49,557 bases of DNA from Candidatus Dojkabacteria bacterium (GTDB lineage: Bacteria > Patescibacteriota > Dojkabacteria > J137): the NCBI GenBank assembly GCA_039929105.1, contig JBDSRX010000076.1, positions 1-49,557 on the forward strand, written 5' to 3'. The notes under the pieces were generated by a model. It was not told where the DNA came from, did no database searches, and worked only from the letters and a program-made list of their open reading frames with translations. Of this stretch, positions 39,699-49,333 are shown piece after piece. A program made the position numbers and the translations under genes. How positions within the stretch are numbered: the stretch's first letter is position 1; each line of letters starts with the position of its first letter.

Positions 39699-41621
39699 TT
39701 ATTCGTTTCTAACTCTCAATACTTCCTCTAAATTAGTTACACCTTCTAAAGCTTTCATGAAGCCGTCTTGTATCATTGTAATCATTCCTTCGGAAATTGC
39801 AATATCATTAATCTGCTTTATAGTTGCCTTACTCACTATTGCTGCTGAAATTTTTTCTGACATTTTTAATGCTTCAAAGATTCCTGTTCTGCTAGTGTAA
39901 CCAGTATTGTTACATTTCGGACACCCTACAGGGTTATATAATATAACTTTATCTGTATTTTTATCGAAATGAAGCTTTAATTGATGGTCAGCACTATAGA
40001 TATTAAATTCTTTTAGGATATCTAATTCTTTATGTAGCTCTATCATCATGTCTGATCCTGCTTCATAAGATTTCTTGCAATTATTACAAAGAACTCTAAC
40101 CAAACGTTGTCCAACAACCACATTTACTGTTGAAGAGAGTAGGAATGGTTCAATCCCCATATCAAGTAAACGAATAAATGCTCCACCTGAACTATTTGTA
40201 TGAATAGTTGAAAGTACAAGTCTACCAACAAGAGCAGATTGAATAGCTAAAGAAGCTGTTTCTGAGTCTCTAATTTCTCCAACCATAATTACATCCGGAT
40301 CCTGTCTTAAAAAAGATCTCAAACCACTTGCGAAAGTTAATCCAACTTCAGGGTTAATTTGGACTTGATTTACACCATCAACTCTAATTTCAACTGGGTC
40401 TTCTAATGTCATTATATTCACATCGACATTATTAAGGATCTTTAATGCGCTAGATAATGACTGTGTTTTACCAGATCCTGTAGGTCCAGTTACTAGAATA
40501 ACTCCTTGAGTTTTCTTTAATGCTTCTTTAAATCTACTGAATGCAATTCCTCTCATGCCTAAGTCCTCTAAACTCAATGCAGTCTCCGTTTTTGCCAAAA
40601 GTCTCATTACGATCTTTTCACCATAAATACTTGGCATTATTGAAACTCTGACATCCACGACTGTTTCTTCACTTTTTACTTGAAATCTTCCATCTTGAGG
40701 TACTCTTTTTTCATCAATTTTTAAATCAGATAAAATTTTAATTCTGGCGATAACAGGACTGAGTAGAGTATTAGGAATAGTAAGACCCTCACTTAAGATA
40801 CCTCTAATTCTAAATCTAACAACAACTTTCTTTTCTCTCGGTTCTATATGAATATCAGATGCTTTATTCTTCACTCCATAATCTAAAATCATATTCACAA
40901 TTCTAATTATAGGAGCATTTTCATTATCTGAAACATTAGCATCTTGATAACTTTTATTTATATCTATTAAGTTACCTCCTACCTCTTCAAGTGCTTGTGT
41001 AACATCATTACCTATTTGAGCACCGTACTTAGTATTAATAATATTGTCAATATCATCTTCAGATGCATAATATGCTTCTACTTTTTTACCAATAATTGAT
41101 TCTAAATACTTAATTTTTTGAAGATCCAATGGATCTTTCATAGCAACTTTAACTTTAACTGGTAATTCTTCAAACACTATAGCTTGTGAAGATTTTGCAA
41201 TTTCAGCTGTAATTTTATTTAGGACATCTAAATTTATTACTAAGTCTCCAAGATCAATAAACCCAACTCCTCGCATTTCAGCGTATGTTTTTGCAAGGTC
41301 TGTTGAATTAATAACTACATGTTCTATTAGAACCTGATCGATGGGTTTGTTAGAATTAACAGATTCAAATTTAAATGCGTTATACTGATCTGTAGTAATG
41401 GTACTTCGAGCAAGCAGAGCATCTAGTACGTTTGCAATACCTCTAACAGAAACAGAGTTCTGTGGAACAGATGAGGATTTTACTGGATCTACATTTAAAG
41501 ATGGTTCCGTAACTGTTGCACGATTCAAAACCTCTTTAGTCTTTTCTAAGATATCACTTAGAGATGGAAGAGGTGCTTTAGCAGCAGGTTGTGTATTTTG
41601 AGGTTGCGAATTTGTATCCAT
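39699..41621 (-). CDS. pilB: type IV pilus assembly ATPase PilB (GspE family)
   Basis: N-terminal GspE-N domain, ASDIHIEP, GPTGSGKT, FLRQDPDVIMVGEIRD, and the tetracysteine CNNCK...CPKCNNTGY. Confidence 0.92.
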   Translation of the reverse strand: MDTNSQPQNTQPAAKAPLPSLSDILEKTKEVLNRATVTEPSLNVDPVKSSSVPQNSVSVRGIANVLDALLARSTITTDQYNAFKFESVNSNKPIDQVLIEHVVINSTDLAKTYAEMRGVGFIDLGDLVINLDVLNKITAEIAKSSQAIVFEELPVKVKVAMKDPLDLQKIKYLESIIGKKVEAYYASEDDIDNIINTKYGAQIGNDVTQALEEVGGNLIDINKSYQDANVSDNENAPIIRIVNMILDYGVKNKASDIHIEPREKKVVVRFRIRGILSEGLTIPNTLLSPVIARIKILSDLKIDEKRVPQDGRFQVKSEETVVDVRVSIMPSIYGEKIVMRLLAKTETALSLEDLGMRGIAFSRFKEALKKTQGVILVTGPTGSGKTQSLSSALKILNNVDVNIMTLEDPVEIRVDGVNQVQINPEVGLTFASGLRSFLRQDPDVIMVGEIRDSETASLAIQSALVGRLVLSTIHTNSSGGAFIRLLDMGIEPFLLSSTVNVVVGQRLVRVLCNNCKKSYEAGSDMMIELHKELDILKEFNIYSADHQLKLHFDKNTDKVILYNPVGCPKCNNTGYTSRTGIFEALKMSEKISAAIVSKATIKQINDIAISEGMITMIQDGFMKALEGVTNLEEVLRVRNE

Positions 41622-41711
41622 TTACCTATATTGATTTTTAGACATAATATTTAACATAGACGCTATGTATACTATTATATACACTTAATTAAATTTGTGA
41701 AAGGAAGAAAT

Positions 41712-42347
41712 ATGCTTTATCAACCCATTCTATTAGACACAAAGGGAATAGATATTTTAGAAAAAAATAATGTAGTTTTAGAAATTTCTAAAATTTATCC
41801 TGATATAGATTTAGCAGCTATTTCTGTTTTTGAAATTAGAGCTGATGGTAAAAGTATTGGAGTAGAACCCCTAAAAAGTTTTAGTAGCTGGATATGGAAT
41901 AAAAATGACGAAACAAAAATATTATTAATATTCCAAGCAGAGAAGTTAACTACAGAAGCACAGAATTCTTTATTAAAAATAATAGAGGAACCTCCAAAGG
42001 ATACATTAATAGTATTAATTTCAAAGAATACGGACACACTCCTTCAAACTATAAATTCTAGATCATTAAATATAGGAATTACATCAAAAATATCTCATAA
42101 TAAAGAGAGGCCAGAGTTCATTAATGGTAATTATGTAGATAGAACAAAGATAATTGATTCATTAACAAAAGAAGATAATTCTCGAGAAAAGGCTTTAAAG
42201 CTTGTCGAAGAATTGATAAACTATTATTTAGGTGATAAAGATAACATGTCTAAATCGGACAAATTGCTAGAAATGTACTTAGGTATAAAGATGAGTACAA
42301 ATTTAAAGTTATCATTATCTTTAGTTAACAATATAGTTAGCACATAG
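41712..42347 (+). CDS. holB: short DNA polymerase III delta-prime-like protein (no P-loop region)
   Basis: ILLIFQAEKLTTEAQNSLLKIIEEPPKDTLIVLISKNTDTLLQTINSRS. Start placed at ATG 41712 after AAGGAAG. Confidence 0.65.
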   Translation: MLYQPILLDTKGIDILEKNNVVLEISKIYPDIDLAAISVFEIRADGKSIGVEPLKSFSSWIWNKNDETKILLIFQAEKLTTEAQNSLLKIIEEPPKDTLIVLISKNTDTLLQTINSRSLNIGITSKISHNKERPEFINGNYVDRTKIIDSLTKEDNSREKALKLVEELINYYLGDKDNMSKSDKLLEMYLGIKMSTNLKLSLSLVNNIVST

Positions 42348-42374
42348 AATATTTTTACTTATTATTTATAGTTT

Positions 42375-42947
42375 ATGAAGAAGTTAGCCTTTGTGATTTA
42401 CGCATGGGGAAGCACATTGTTGTTTGCTTTTATTATTTATTGGCTTGCAACAGTTCCAAACTTGAGAGCTGGAGATATGGTTACAGATGAAGTAATTAAA
42501 GTTATATTTAGAATGACTTTATACGCAATATTATTTGTTCTTATATATAGATCTATAATAATTACACTTAAAACAACAGTAGATAGACTTTCAAAATGGA
42601 GATCAAGAAAAGAAGAATCAGAAGATAGTGAATTTGTTTTAATAATTGAAACTTTAGTAGTTGTTTTAGTAATTTTTGCAGCAATAGCATTTGCATTCTT
42701 CGAGCAACACGTTCAATTCTACACAAATGGTAGAAATGGTGGATCACAAGTTGTATATATTAAGAAAGATGGGATAGACACAGCATTTATTCCACAAACA
42801 GCAATTGCAGAAGCTAATAAAGGTATTCTAGTAAGTGTTATGTCTGTTCTATTAACTGCAATAGTCGTGTACAGCGTTCCAGTAATTGGAGAGCTAGAAG
42901 TCGCTATAAAGCATAAATTGGAAAGAGAATCTAAGAAAAACAAGTAA
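42375..42947 (+). CDS. hypothetical polytopic membrane protein
   Basis: Four hydrophobic segments. No motif recognised. Confidence 0.55.
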   Translation: MKKLAFVIYAWGSTLLFAFIIYWLATVPNLRAGDMVTDEVIKVIFRMTLYAILFVLIYRSIIITLKTTVDRLSKWRSRKEESEDSEFVLIIETLVVVLVIFAAIAFAFFEQHVQFYTNGRNGGSQVVYIKKDGIDTAFIPQTAIAEANKGILVSVMSVLLTAIVVYSVPVIGELEVAIKHKLERESKKNK

Positions 42948-42955
42948 AGTAATAT

Positions 42956-43024
42956 AAAAAGCCCGAAACGCAATTCTGCCTGCCTACCTCGGGAAGGTAA
43001 GCAAGAATTAAGTTCCGGGCTTTA
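42956..43024 (+). terminator. long irregular hairpin between the membrane-protein gene and gyrB
   Basis: AGCCCGAAAC/GTTCCGGGCT outer stem, then AATTCT/AGAATT, TGC/GCA and TACC/GGTA inner stems. Flanked by an A run and TTT. Confidence 0.45.
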
Positions 43025-43052
43025 TTAACCAATATAGCTAACATTATAGGTA

Positions 43053-43080
43053 TTGACTTTTTAGCAATCTCCTTTAAAAT
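43053..43080 (+). promoter_or_regulatory. promoter-like TTGACT, 16-nt spacer, TAAAAT, ending 8 nt before the gyrB ATG
   Basis: Read directly. Confidence 0.3.
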
Positions 43081-43088
43081 CTGAGGGT

Positions 43089-45014
43089 ATGTCTGATAAA
43101 GATAAAAAACAAAATAACGACTATAACGCTTCAAATATAACAGTTCTAAAAGGTTTAGAGGCTGTTAGAAAGAGACCTGCCATGTATATTGGAGGTACGG
43201 ACGAAGCTGGTTTACACCATTTGATTTGGGAAATTGTAGATAATGCCATAGACGAAGCTTTAGCTGGAGAGGCTGATTCTGCACAAGTTATTCTAAACGA
43301 AGATGGATCTGTTACTGTTCAGGATAATGGTAGAGGTATTCCTGTTGATATTCATCCAACAGAGAAGGTTAGTGCTCTTGAATTAGCTGCTACTATTCTT
43401 CATGCTGGAGGAAAATTCGATAAAAATACTTATAAAGTAAGTTCTGGATTACATGGAGTTGGACTTTCAGTAGTTAACGCATTAAGTGAATGGTGTAAGA
43501 TTGAAGTTTACAAAGGTGGAAAGATCTATACTCAAGAATATAAAATTGGTATTCCAGATTTCAAAGTAAAAGAAATTGGTAAAACAACATTATCAGGAAC
43601 AAAAGTAACATTCAAACCAGATGCTTCTATATTTAATACTGTTGTATTCAATTATAAGACTGTTGCATCTAGATTAAGACAAAATGCATATCTAAATGGA
43701 GGAATTAAATTTGAGATCATAGATAGAAGAAAAGGAGATGAAGATTACTATGCTTTCTTATTTCAAGGAGGACTTAAATCTTATATTAAACATCTAAATG
43801 CTCATGTAAAATCTCCGCAAAAGAGTATCTTCTATACTAAGAGAACACAGGATGAAATTGAAGTTGAAGTAGCTTTACAATATACAGACGATATTCAAAT
43901 CAATGAGTACGCTTATGCTAATAACGTTCCTAATGCAGACGGAGGTACACACGTATCTGGATTAAGAATGGCATTAACAAAGAGTATTAACTCTTATATG
44001 GATGAGTTTGGAACAGAAAAAGATAAAGAATTGAAATTAACAGGAGAAGATGTGAGAGAGGGAATGACTGCGGCAATTTCAGTAAAACTTTCAGAACCAC
44101 AATTTGAAGGTCAGACAAAAGGAAAATTAAATAATCAAGAAGTTACTCAAGCAGTAAGAAAAGTTGTTGAAGAAGATTTAAAAGTATTCTTAAAAGAAAA
44201 CCCATTAGAAGCAAAAGCTATTATGGGTAAGGTGATGTTGGCTAATAAAGCAAGGACAGCAGCGAAAGCAGCTAGAGATGCTGTTATTAGAAAAAGTGTA
44301 TTTGAAGGAGGAGGACTACCAGGTAAACTAGCAGACTGTTCTTCTAAAGATCCAAAGAATTCTGAATTATTAATTGTAGAAGGAGACTCAGCGGGAGGAT
44401 CTGCAAAGCAGGGTAGAGATAGACATATTCAAGCAGTGTTCCCATTAAAAGGAAAACCTTTAAATGTTGAGAAATACAGACTAGATAAAGTTCTAGCTAA
44501 TACAGAACTTAGCGATTTAATTAGAGCTTTGGGATGTGGAATCGGACAAACTATTGAAATAGAAAAGTTAAGGTATCATACTATTGTATTAATGGCCGAT
44601 GCGGATGTTGATGGAAACCATATTAATACATTGTTATTAACATTGTTTTATAGATATCTAAGACCAGTAATAGAAGGTGGTCACTTATATATTTCTCAAC
44701 CACCATTATTTAAAGTGATCTTCTCTGCAAATGATTTTGTTTGGGTTAAAGATGATGCTGCTAAGGAGAAATTATTGAAGGAAAGAAAACCAACAAAACC
44801 ACCAGTGGTGCAAAGATTTAAGGGTTTGGGTGAAATGAATCCTCAACAATTGTGGGAAACTACTTTAGATCCTAAAACTAGACTAATGAAGAGAGTATTT
44901 ATAGAGGATGCAGAAGAAGCAAATAGAATGTTTGATGTATTAATGGGTGAAGAAGTAGCACCAAGAAGAAAGTTTATCGAAATGTATTCAGAAGAAGCAC
45001 AATTAGACTATTAA
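43089..45014 (+). CDS. gyrB: DNA gyrase subunit B
   Basis: LEAVRKRPAMYIGG, HHLIWEIVDNAIDE, GLHGVGLSVVNALS, EGDSAGG, and the PLKGK and Toprim motifs. Confidence 0.97.
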   Translation: MSDKDKKQNNDYNASNITVLKGLEAVRKRPAMYIGGTDEAGLHHLIWEIVDNAIDEALAGEADSAQVILNEDGSVTVQDNGRGIPVDIHPTEKVSALELAATILHAGGKFDKNTYKVSSGLHGVGLSVVNALSEWCKIEVYKGGKIYTQEYKIGIPDFKVKEIGKTTLSGTKVTFKPDASIFNTVVFNYKTVASRLRQNAYLNGGIKFEIIDRRKGDEDYYAFLFQGGLKSYIKHLNAHVKSPQKSIFYTKRTQDEIEVEVALQYTDDIQINEYAYANNVPNADGGTHVSGLRMALTKSINSYMDEFGTEKDKELKLTGEDVREGMTAAISVKLSEPQFEGQTKGKLNNQEVTQAVRKVVEEDLKVFLKENPLEAKAIMGKVMLANKARTAAKAARDAVIRKSVFEGGGLPGKLADCSSKDPKNSELLIVEGDSAGGSAKQGRDRHIQAVFPLKGKPLNVEKYRLDKVLANTELSDLIRALGCGIGQTIEIEKLRYHTIVLMADADVDGNHINTLLLTLFYRYLRPVIEGGHLYISQPPLFKVIFSANDFVWVKDDAAKEKLLKERKPTKPPVVQRFKGLGEMNPQQLWETTLDPKTRLMKRVFIEDAEEANRMFDVLMGEEVAPRRKFIEMYSEEAQLDY

Positions 45015-45027
45015 AATCATATTAATC

Positions 45028-47685
45028 ATGGCAGACGAAGGAAAATTAAAAGACAATAACGAAGATCTAGCATTAGATTCAACTGTGCCAGCTCTTCACG
45101 AAGCAGAAGGATCTGTCCAAGGAGGAATTGTTACAGAACTTAAGCAAAGTTATATCAACTACGCCATGAGCGTTATTGTTGCTAGAGCTTTGCCTGAGGT
45201 TAGAGATGGACTTAAACCAGTTCAACGAAGAATTCTTTATGCTATGTATAAGATGGGTATTATGCCTGGATCTGCATATAAGAAGGTTGCAAGAATTTCT
45301 GGAGAAACTATGGGTAAATACCATCCTCACGGAGACGCATCTATTAACGATGCTCTTGTTAGAATGGCACAAGACTTTAACCTTAGATATCCTTTAATTG
45401 ATGGACAAGGAAACTTCGGATCTATTGATGGAGACTCTGCAGCTGCTGCTAGATACATTGAGGCAAGACTTGCAAAAGTTGGAGCTAAGATGCTTGAAGG
45501 AGTAGAGCATACAGTTAACTATTTACCTAACTACGACGAAAACGAAATCGAACCTGTAGTTCTACCTACAGGATTACCAAACCTTTTGATTAACGGAAGT
45601 GAAGGTATTGCAGTTGGTATGGCTACAAAAATCCCACCTCACAACTTAAATGAGGTTGTTAATGCAGTTTTGAGAACAATTGATTCTGGAAACTCATGGG
45701 ATTTTGAGAATATTAAGAAATTAGGTATTGATTATGAGAAAGACATTAAAAATATTGCTGATATTGATAAATTAAGTAAAGATAGATTCCATAAATTTGA
45801 GAGTCAAATTGAAATTAAGGAGCTTTTAAAAGATATTAAAGGACCAGACTTTCCAACTGGAGCAACAATGTATAATCAAAAAAACATTGCACAGGTTTAC
45901 GAAACGGGTAGAGGAGGAATCTTAATGAGAGCTGTCTCTCGAATAGAAGAAATGAAAGGTGGTAAATTTAGAATTATTATTTCAGAATTACCTTATCAAG
46001 TTAACAAAGCTGTTTTATTAGCTAGAATAGCTCAATTGTACAAAGATAAGAAGATTGAAGGAATTTCAGACTTAAGAGACGAGTCTAATAGAGAAGGTAT
46101 TAGAATAGTTGTTGAATTAAAGAGAGAAGCAAAACCAAAAACAGTTGAAAATCAGTTATATAAATATACAGAATTACAAAAGAACTTTAGTGCAAACATG
46201 CTTGCACTTGTTGATGGTGAACCACATGTTCTAAATCTAAGAGATTATATTCAGTATTTTATTGCTCACAGACAAGAAATTGTTATTAGAAGAAATGAGT
46301 TTGAATTAGGAAAAGCAAAAGAAAGAGAGCATATATTAGAAGGATTAATGATCGCATTAGACCATCTAGATGAGGTTATCGCTACTATTAGAAAATCTAA
46401 AGATGTAGAAGTAGCTAAAGTAAACTTAATGAAAACATTTAAGCTATCGGACATTCAAGCACAAGCTATCTTAGACATGAGACTTGCAAGACTTGCCGCT
46501 TTAGAAAGAGAGAAGATTGAACTTGAATATAAAGAAGTTTTAAAGACAATTAAAGAATTATTAAAGCTTCTTAACTCACCAGCTGAAATTCTAAACATTA
46601 TCAAAGTAGAGTTAGCTGAAATTAAAGAGAAATATGGTGATGAGAGAAGAACAAAAGTATTTAAAGGAGATGTAGACGAATTAAGCGAGGAAGATCTTAT
46701 AGTAAATGAGAAGACATTCGTAATGATTAGTACACAAGGGTATATTAAGAGAGTTAAGTACGATACTTATAGAACACAAAATAGAGGAGGATCTGGAAAG
46801 AAAGCAGTTGCTACAAAAGAAGATGATTCTGTAAGACATGTATTCGACTGTAATACTCATGATGAGATTATGTTCTTAACAAACAAAGGAAAAGTTTATA
46901 TTATGAAAGTTCATGAAATTCCAGAATATGGAGCTACAGCAAAAGGACTTCCGATTGTAAACTTAATTAATATATCGAATGGAGAATTAGTAACTTCTGT
47001 ACTTACAAAGTCTGCAAGTGGAAAGATTCTAGATGAAGATGTTGAACAAGAAGATGAAGAAGCAAAAGAGAGACAGGGTAAGGATTATAAATTCTTGTTT
47101 ATGGCTACAAAGAAGGGAGTAGTGAAGAAGACTTTATTAGAAGAATTTAATAATATTAGATCTAATGGATTAATTGCAATTACATTAACAGAAGGTGACG
47201 AATTAATCTGGGTTAAACCAACTGATGGAAAAGATCAGGTTATATTAGTTTCTAAGTTAGCTAAGTCTATACACTTCCATGAAGAAGATGTTCGTGAAAC
47301 TGGCCGATCTTCTCAAGGAGTAAGAGGAATAAAGCTAAAGCCAGAAGATGAGGTTATATCTATGGATATAATTAGAAAAGAAGAGGCTATGATGCTTACT
47401 ATTGCAGAGAATGGATTTGGTAAGATGACTGAGCTTTCTCAATTTACATTACAAAAGAGAGGTGGATCTGGAATATTTGCAGCTAGAGTTAACTCTAAGA
47501 CAGGAACATTAGTTGTTGCAAGAGTATTAGACCATCCAAATAAAGAGTTATTAATCTTAAGCGTAAAGGGACAAGCAATTAAGATACCTACAAAAGATTT
47601 ACCTTTAAGAAATAGACAAACTGCTGGAGTAACCTTGATGAGAGTTAAGGATGGTGATAAAGTAGCTGCAGTAGCTATTGTATAA
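45028..47685 (+). CDS. gyrA: DNA gyrase subunit A
   Basis: [54 protein letters not shown] (catalytic Tyr context), and the C-terminal beta-pinwheel repeats. Confidence 0.97.
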   Translation: MADEGKLKDNNEDLALDSTVPALHEAEGSVQGGIVTELKQSYINYAMSVIVARALPEVRDGLKPVQRRILYAMYKMGIMPGSAYKKVARISGETMGKYHPHGDASINDALVRMAQDFNLRYPLIDGQGNFGSIDGDSAAAARYIEARLAKVGAKMLEGVEHTVNYLPNYDENEIEPVVLPTGLPNLLINGSEGIAVGMATKIPPHNLNEVVNAVLRTIDSGNSWDFENIKKLGIDYEKDIKNIADIDKLSKDRFHKFESQIEIKELLKDIKGPDFPTGATMYNQKNIAQVYETGRGGILMRAVSRIEEMKGGKFRIIISELPYQVNKAVLLARIAQLYKDKKIEGISDLRDESNREGIRIVVELKREAKPKTVENQLYKYTELQKNFSANMLALVDGEPHVLNLRDYIQYFIAHRQEIVIRRNEFELGKAKEREHILEGLMIALDHLDEVIATIRKSKDVEVAKVNLMKTFKLSDIQAQAILDMRLARLAALEREKIELEYKEVLKTIKELLKLLNSPAEILNIIKVELAEIKEKYGDERRTKVFKGDVDELSEEDLIVNEKTFVMISTQGYIKRVKYDTYRTQNRGGSGKKAVATKEDDSVRHVFDCNTHDEIMFLTNKGKVYIMKVHEIPEYGATAKGLPIVNLINISNGELVTSVLTKSASGKILDEDVEQEDEEAKERQGKDYKFLFMATKKGVVKKTLLEEFNNIRSNGLIAITLTEGDELIWVKPTDGKDQVILVSKLAKSIHFHEEDVRETGRSSQGVRGIKLKPEDEVISMDIIRKEEAMMLTIAENGFGKMTELSQFTLQKRGGSGIFAARVNSKTGTLVVARVLDHPNKELLILSVKGQAIKIPTKDLPLRNRQTAGVTLMRVKDGDKVAAVAIV

Positions 47686-47817
47686 AAACTATTGAATCAT
47701 AAAATAATTTCACAACAGAAAGAATCCCTCGAACCAGTCGCAAGACCTGATTCTATAACCAGGAATCAGGAGCTTGAGCAAATCAAATGATATTTGAATT
47801 AATGATTCTAATGTCTA

Positions 47818-48015
47818 ATGGCAAAGTTAAAATTCGAACAAATTCCATCTGAGAAAGCTAAAGATATTATATTAGCTAAATTAAAGAAAGCTTTAACTTT
47901 AGATACTAGTAATCAAAAAGAGGTTTTACAAAAGATAGTTGATGACGAAGAGTTTAGACAATATGTAAATGAAATCCAAAGAAAGATACTTACTAAACAG
48001 GAACCTGCTTCTTGA
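47818..48015 (+). CDS. small hypothetical protein
   Basis: 65-aa helical ORF. No motif recognised. Confidence 0.35.
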   Translation: MAKLKFEQIPSEKAKDIILAKLKKALTLDTSNQKEVLQKIVDDEEFRQYVNEIQRKILTKQEPAS

Positions 48016-48098
48016 GATTATACTCAGTAAGCCTCATATTTCGTATAAATATTCTACAAGTTCCTATTTAATGGATACTACAAAGAGTTCCACGAGAT

Positions 48099-48608
48099 CT
48101 ATTTTAAATTCTTAGTTTTAACAAAGAAGATGTTGCCAGGATAGTTTATTCCTGTATATATTAAGTTTAAATGGCTGTTATTGACTGTGTGTATTACAAC
48201 ATCTAAATCTCCAAGCTTAGAGATTACTAAGGGATATTTTCCTTCAAGTCTAAATAAGAGTCCTATATGTTTTAGATAAAGACCATTATTATCTAGATCC
48301 GATATATCATACGAGAAATAAATAACAGCATACTCATAATCTGTAAAGTCTGGATCAGGTGACAATTCGATATTAATTGAGTCAGATTCAAGTAGCTCAC
48401 AAATTATGTTCTCAATAGGTCTAGTAAACTCATTCTTACCTTTTTCTGATAAAATAAGTTGAACATACCTAAAACAGTCAATTCCATCCTTTTCCAAAGC
48501 ACTCGCTCCGATACGAATTATCCCTAATTTTTTTAAGAAATCTTTCTGATCATCATTTAAAGAAATGCCTTCTTTTTTAGCTTTCATCCAAAATTGGAAA
48601 TCAGTCAT
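48099..48608 (-). CDS. hypothetical protein, paralogue of 48779-49333
   Basis: C-terminal LKHIGLLFRLEGKYPLVISKLGDLDVVIHTVNNSHLNLIYTG aligns with the neighbouring gene. Confidence 0.55.
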   Translation of the reverse strand: MTDFQFWMKAKKEGISLNDDQKDFLKKLGIIRIGASALEKDGIDCFRYVQLILSEKGKNEFTRPIENIICELLESDSINIELSPDPDFTDYEYAVIYFSYDISDLDNNGLYLKHIGLLFRLEGKYPLVISKLGDLDVVIHTVNNSHLNLIYTGINYPGNIFFVKTKNLK

Positions 48609-48778
48609 TTCGAAATAACTAAGAATTTTAAATAATATATTGAGTTATTAACTTCAAATTAGCATCTCTCAGTAAAGTTGAGTCCAAGTGTAAAAGTATA
48701 GGAATACAATTAGACACCTTCTTAATTTGTAAGTCTTAAATCGCGTTTAAACGCGAAATCTCTATAACTATTACTGCG

Positions 48779-49333
48779 TCAGCATTCTGCAGACATATAG
48801 GGTTTAAACAAAGAAGCTAGGTCTTTTATATCTATAAAACTAAAAGAATTTCTTCCGACACAATATGTTTCTAATATTTCTGGATTATTTACTGTATGTT
48901 TGTAAACTCCTTCATAATTTAGTTTAGAAGTTACTATTACAATTCCTTCTTTTATTTCTTCAACTTTCGCCCAATGCGATATTGCCAAAGAAGCTCCTTC
49001 TATTCCATGATGATCTAAATCTAGTAGGTAGAAGTTATTTAAAAAGAAGTTTATATAGACAACAATAAAATTACTTGAATATTCGTTATCGGGTATTGAT
49101 TTATGAGTCTTAAGAGCATCAACACATAATGCTTTATTTATAACAGCAATTATAAGATCATTCGAAATATAGTTAGGAATATTTAAAACAACTCGCAAAT
49201 GGTTTGCTGCATAGTCTTCACAGGTATCTGTAGGGCTGAATTCTTCCTTATTCCTTACAAGTTGTATGCCTACCTCCTCCAACGATGGCAAAGCTTCAAT
49301 TCTGTTGTCTAATGAGCCTTTTAACAACCCCAT
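48779..49333 (-). CDS. hypothetical protein, paralogue of 48099-48608
   Basis: ISHWAKVEEIKEGIVIVTSKLNYEGVYKHTVNNPEILETYCVG aligns with the neighbouring gene. Confidence 0.55.
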   Translation of the reverse strand: MGLLKGSLDNRIEALPSLEEVGIQLVRNKEEFSPTDTCEDYAANHLRVVLNIPNYISNDLIIAVINKALCVDALKTHKSIPDNEYSSNFIVVYINFFLNNFYLLDLDHHGIEGASLAISHWAKVEEIKEGIVIVTSKLNYEGVYKHTVNNPEILETYCVGRNSFSFIDIKDLASLFKPYMSAEC

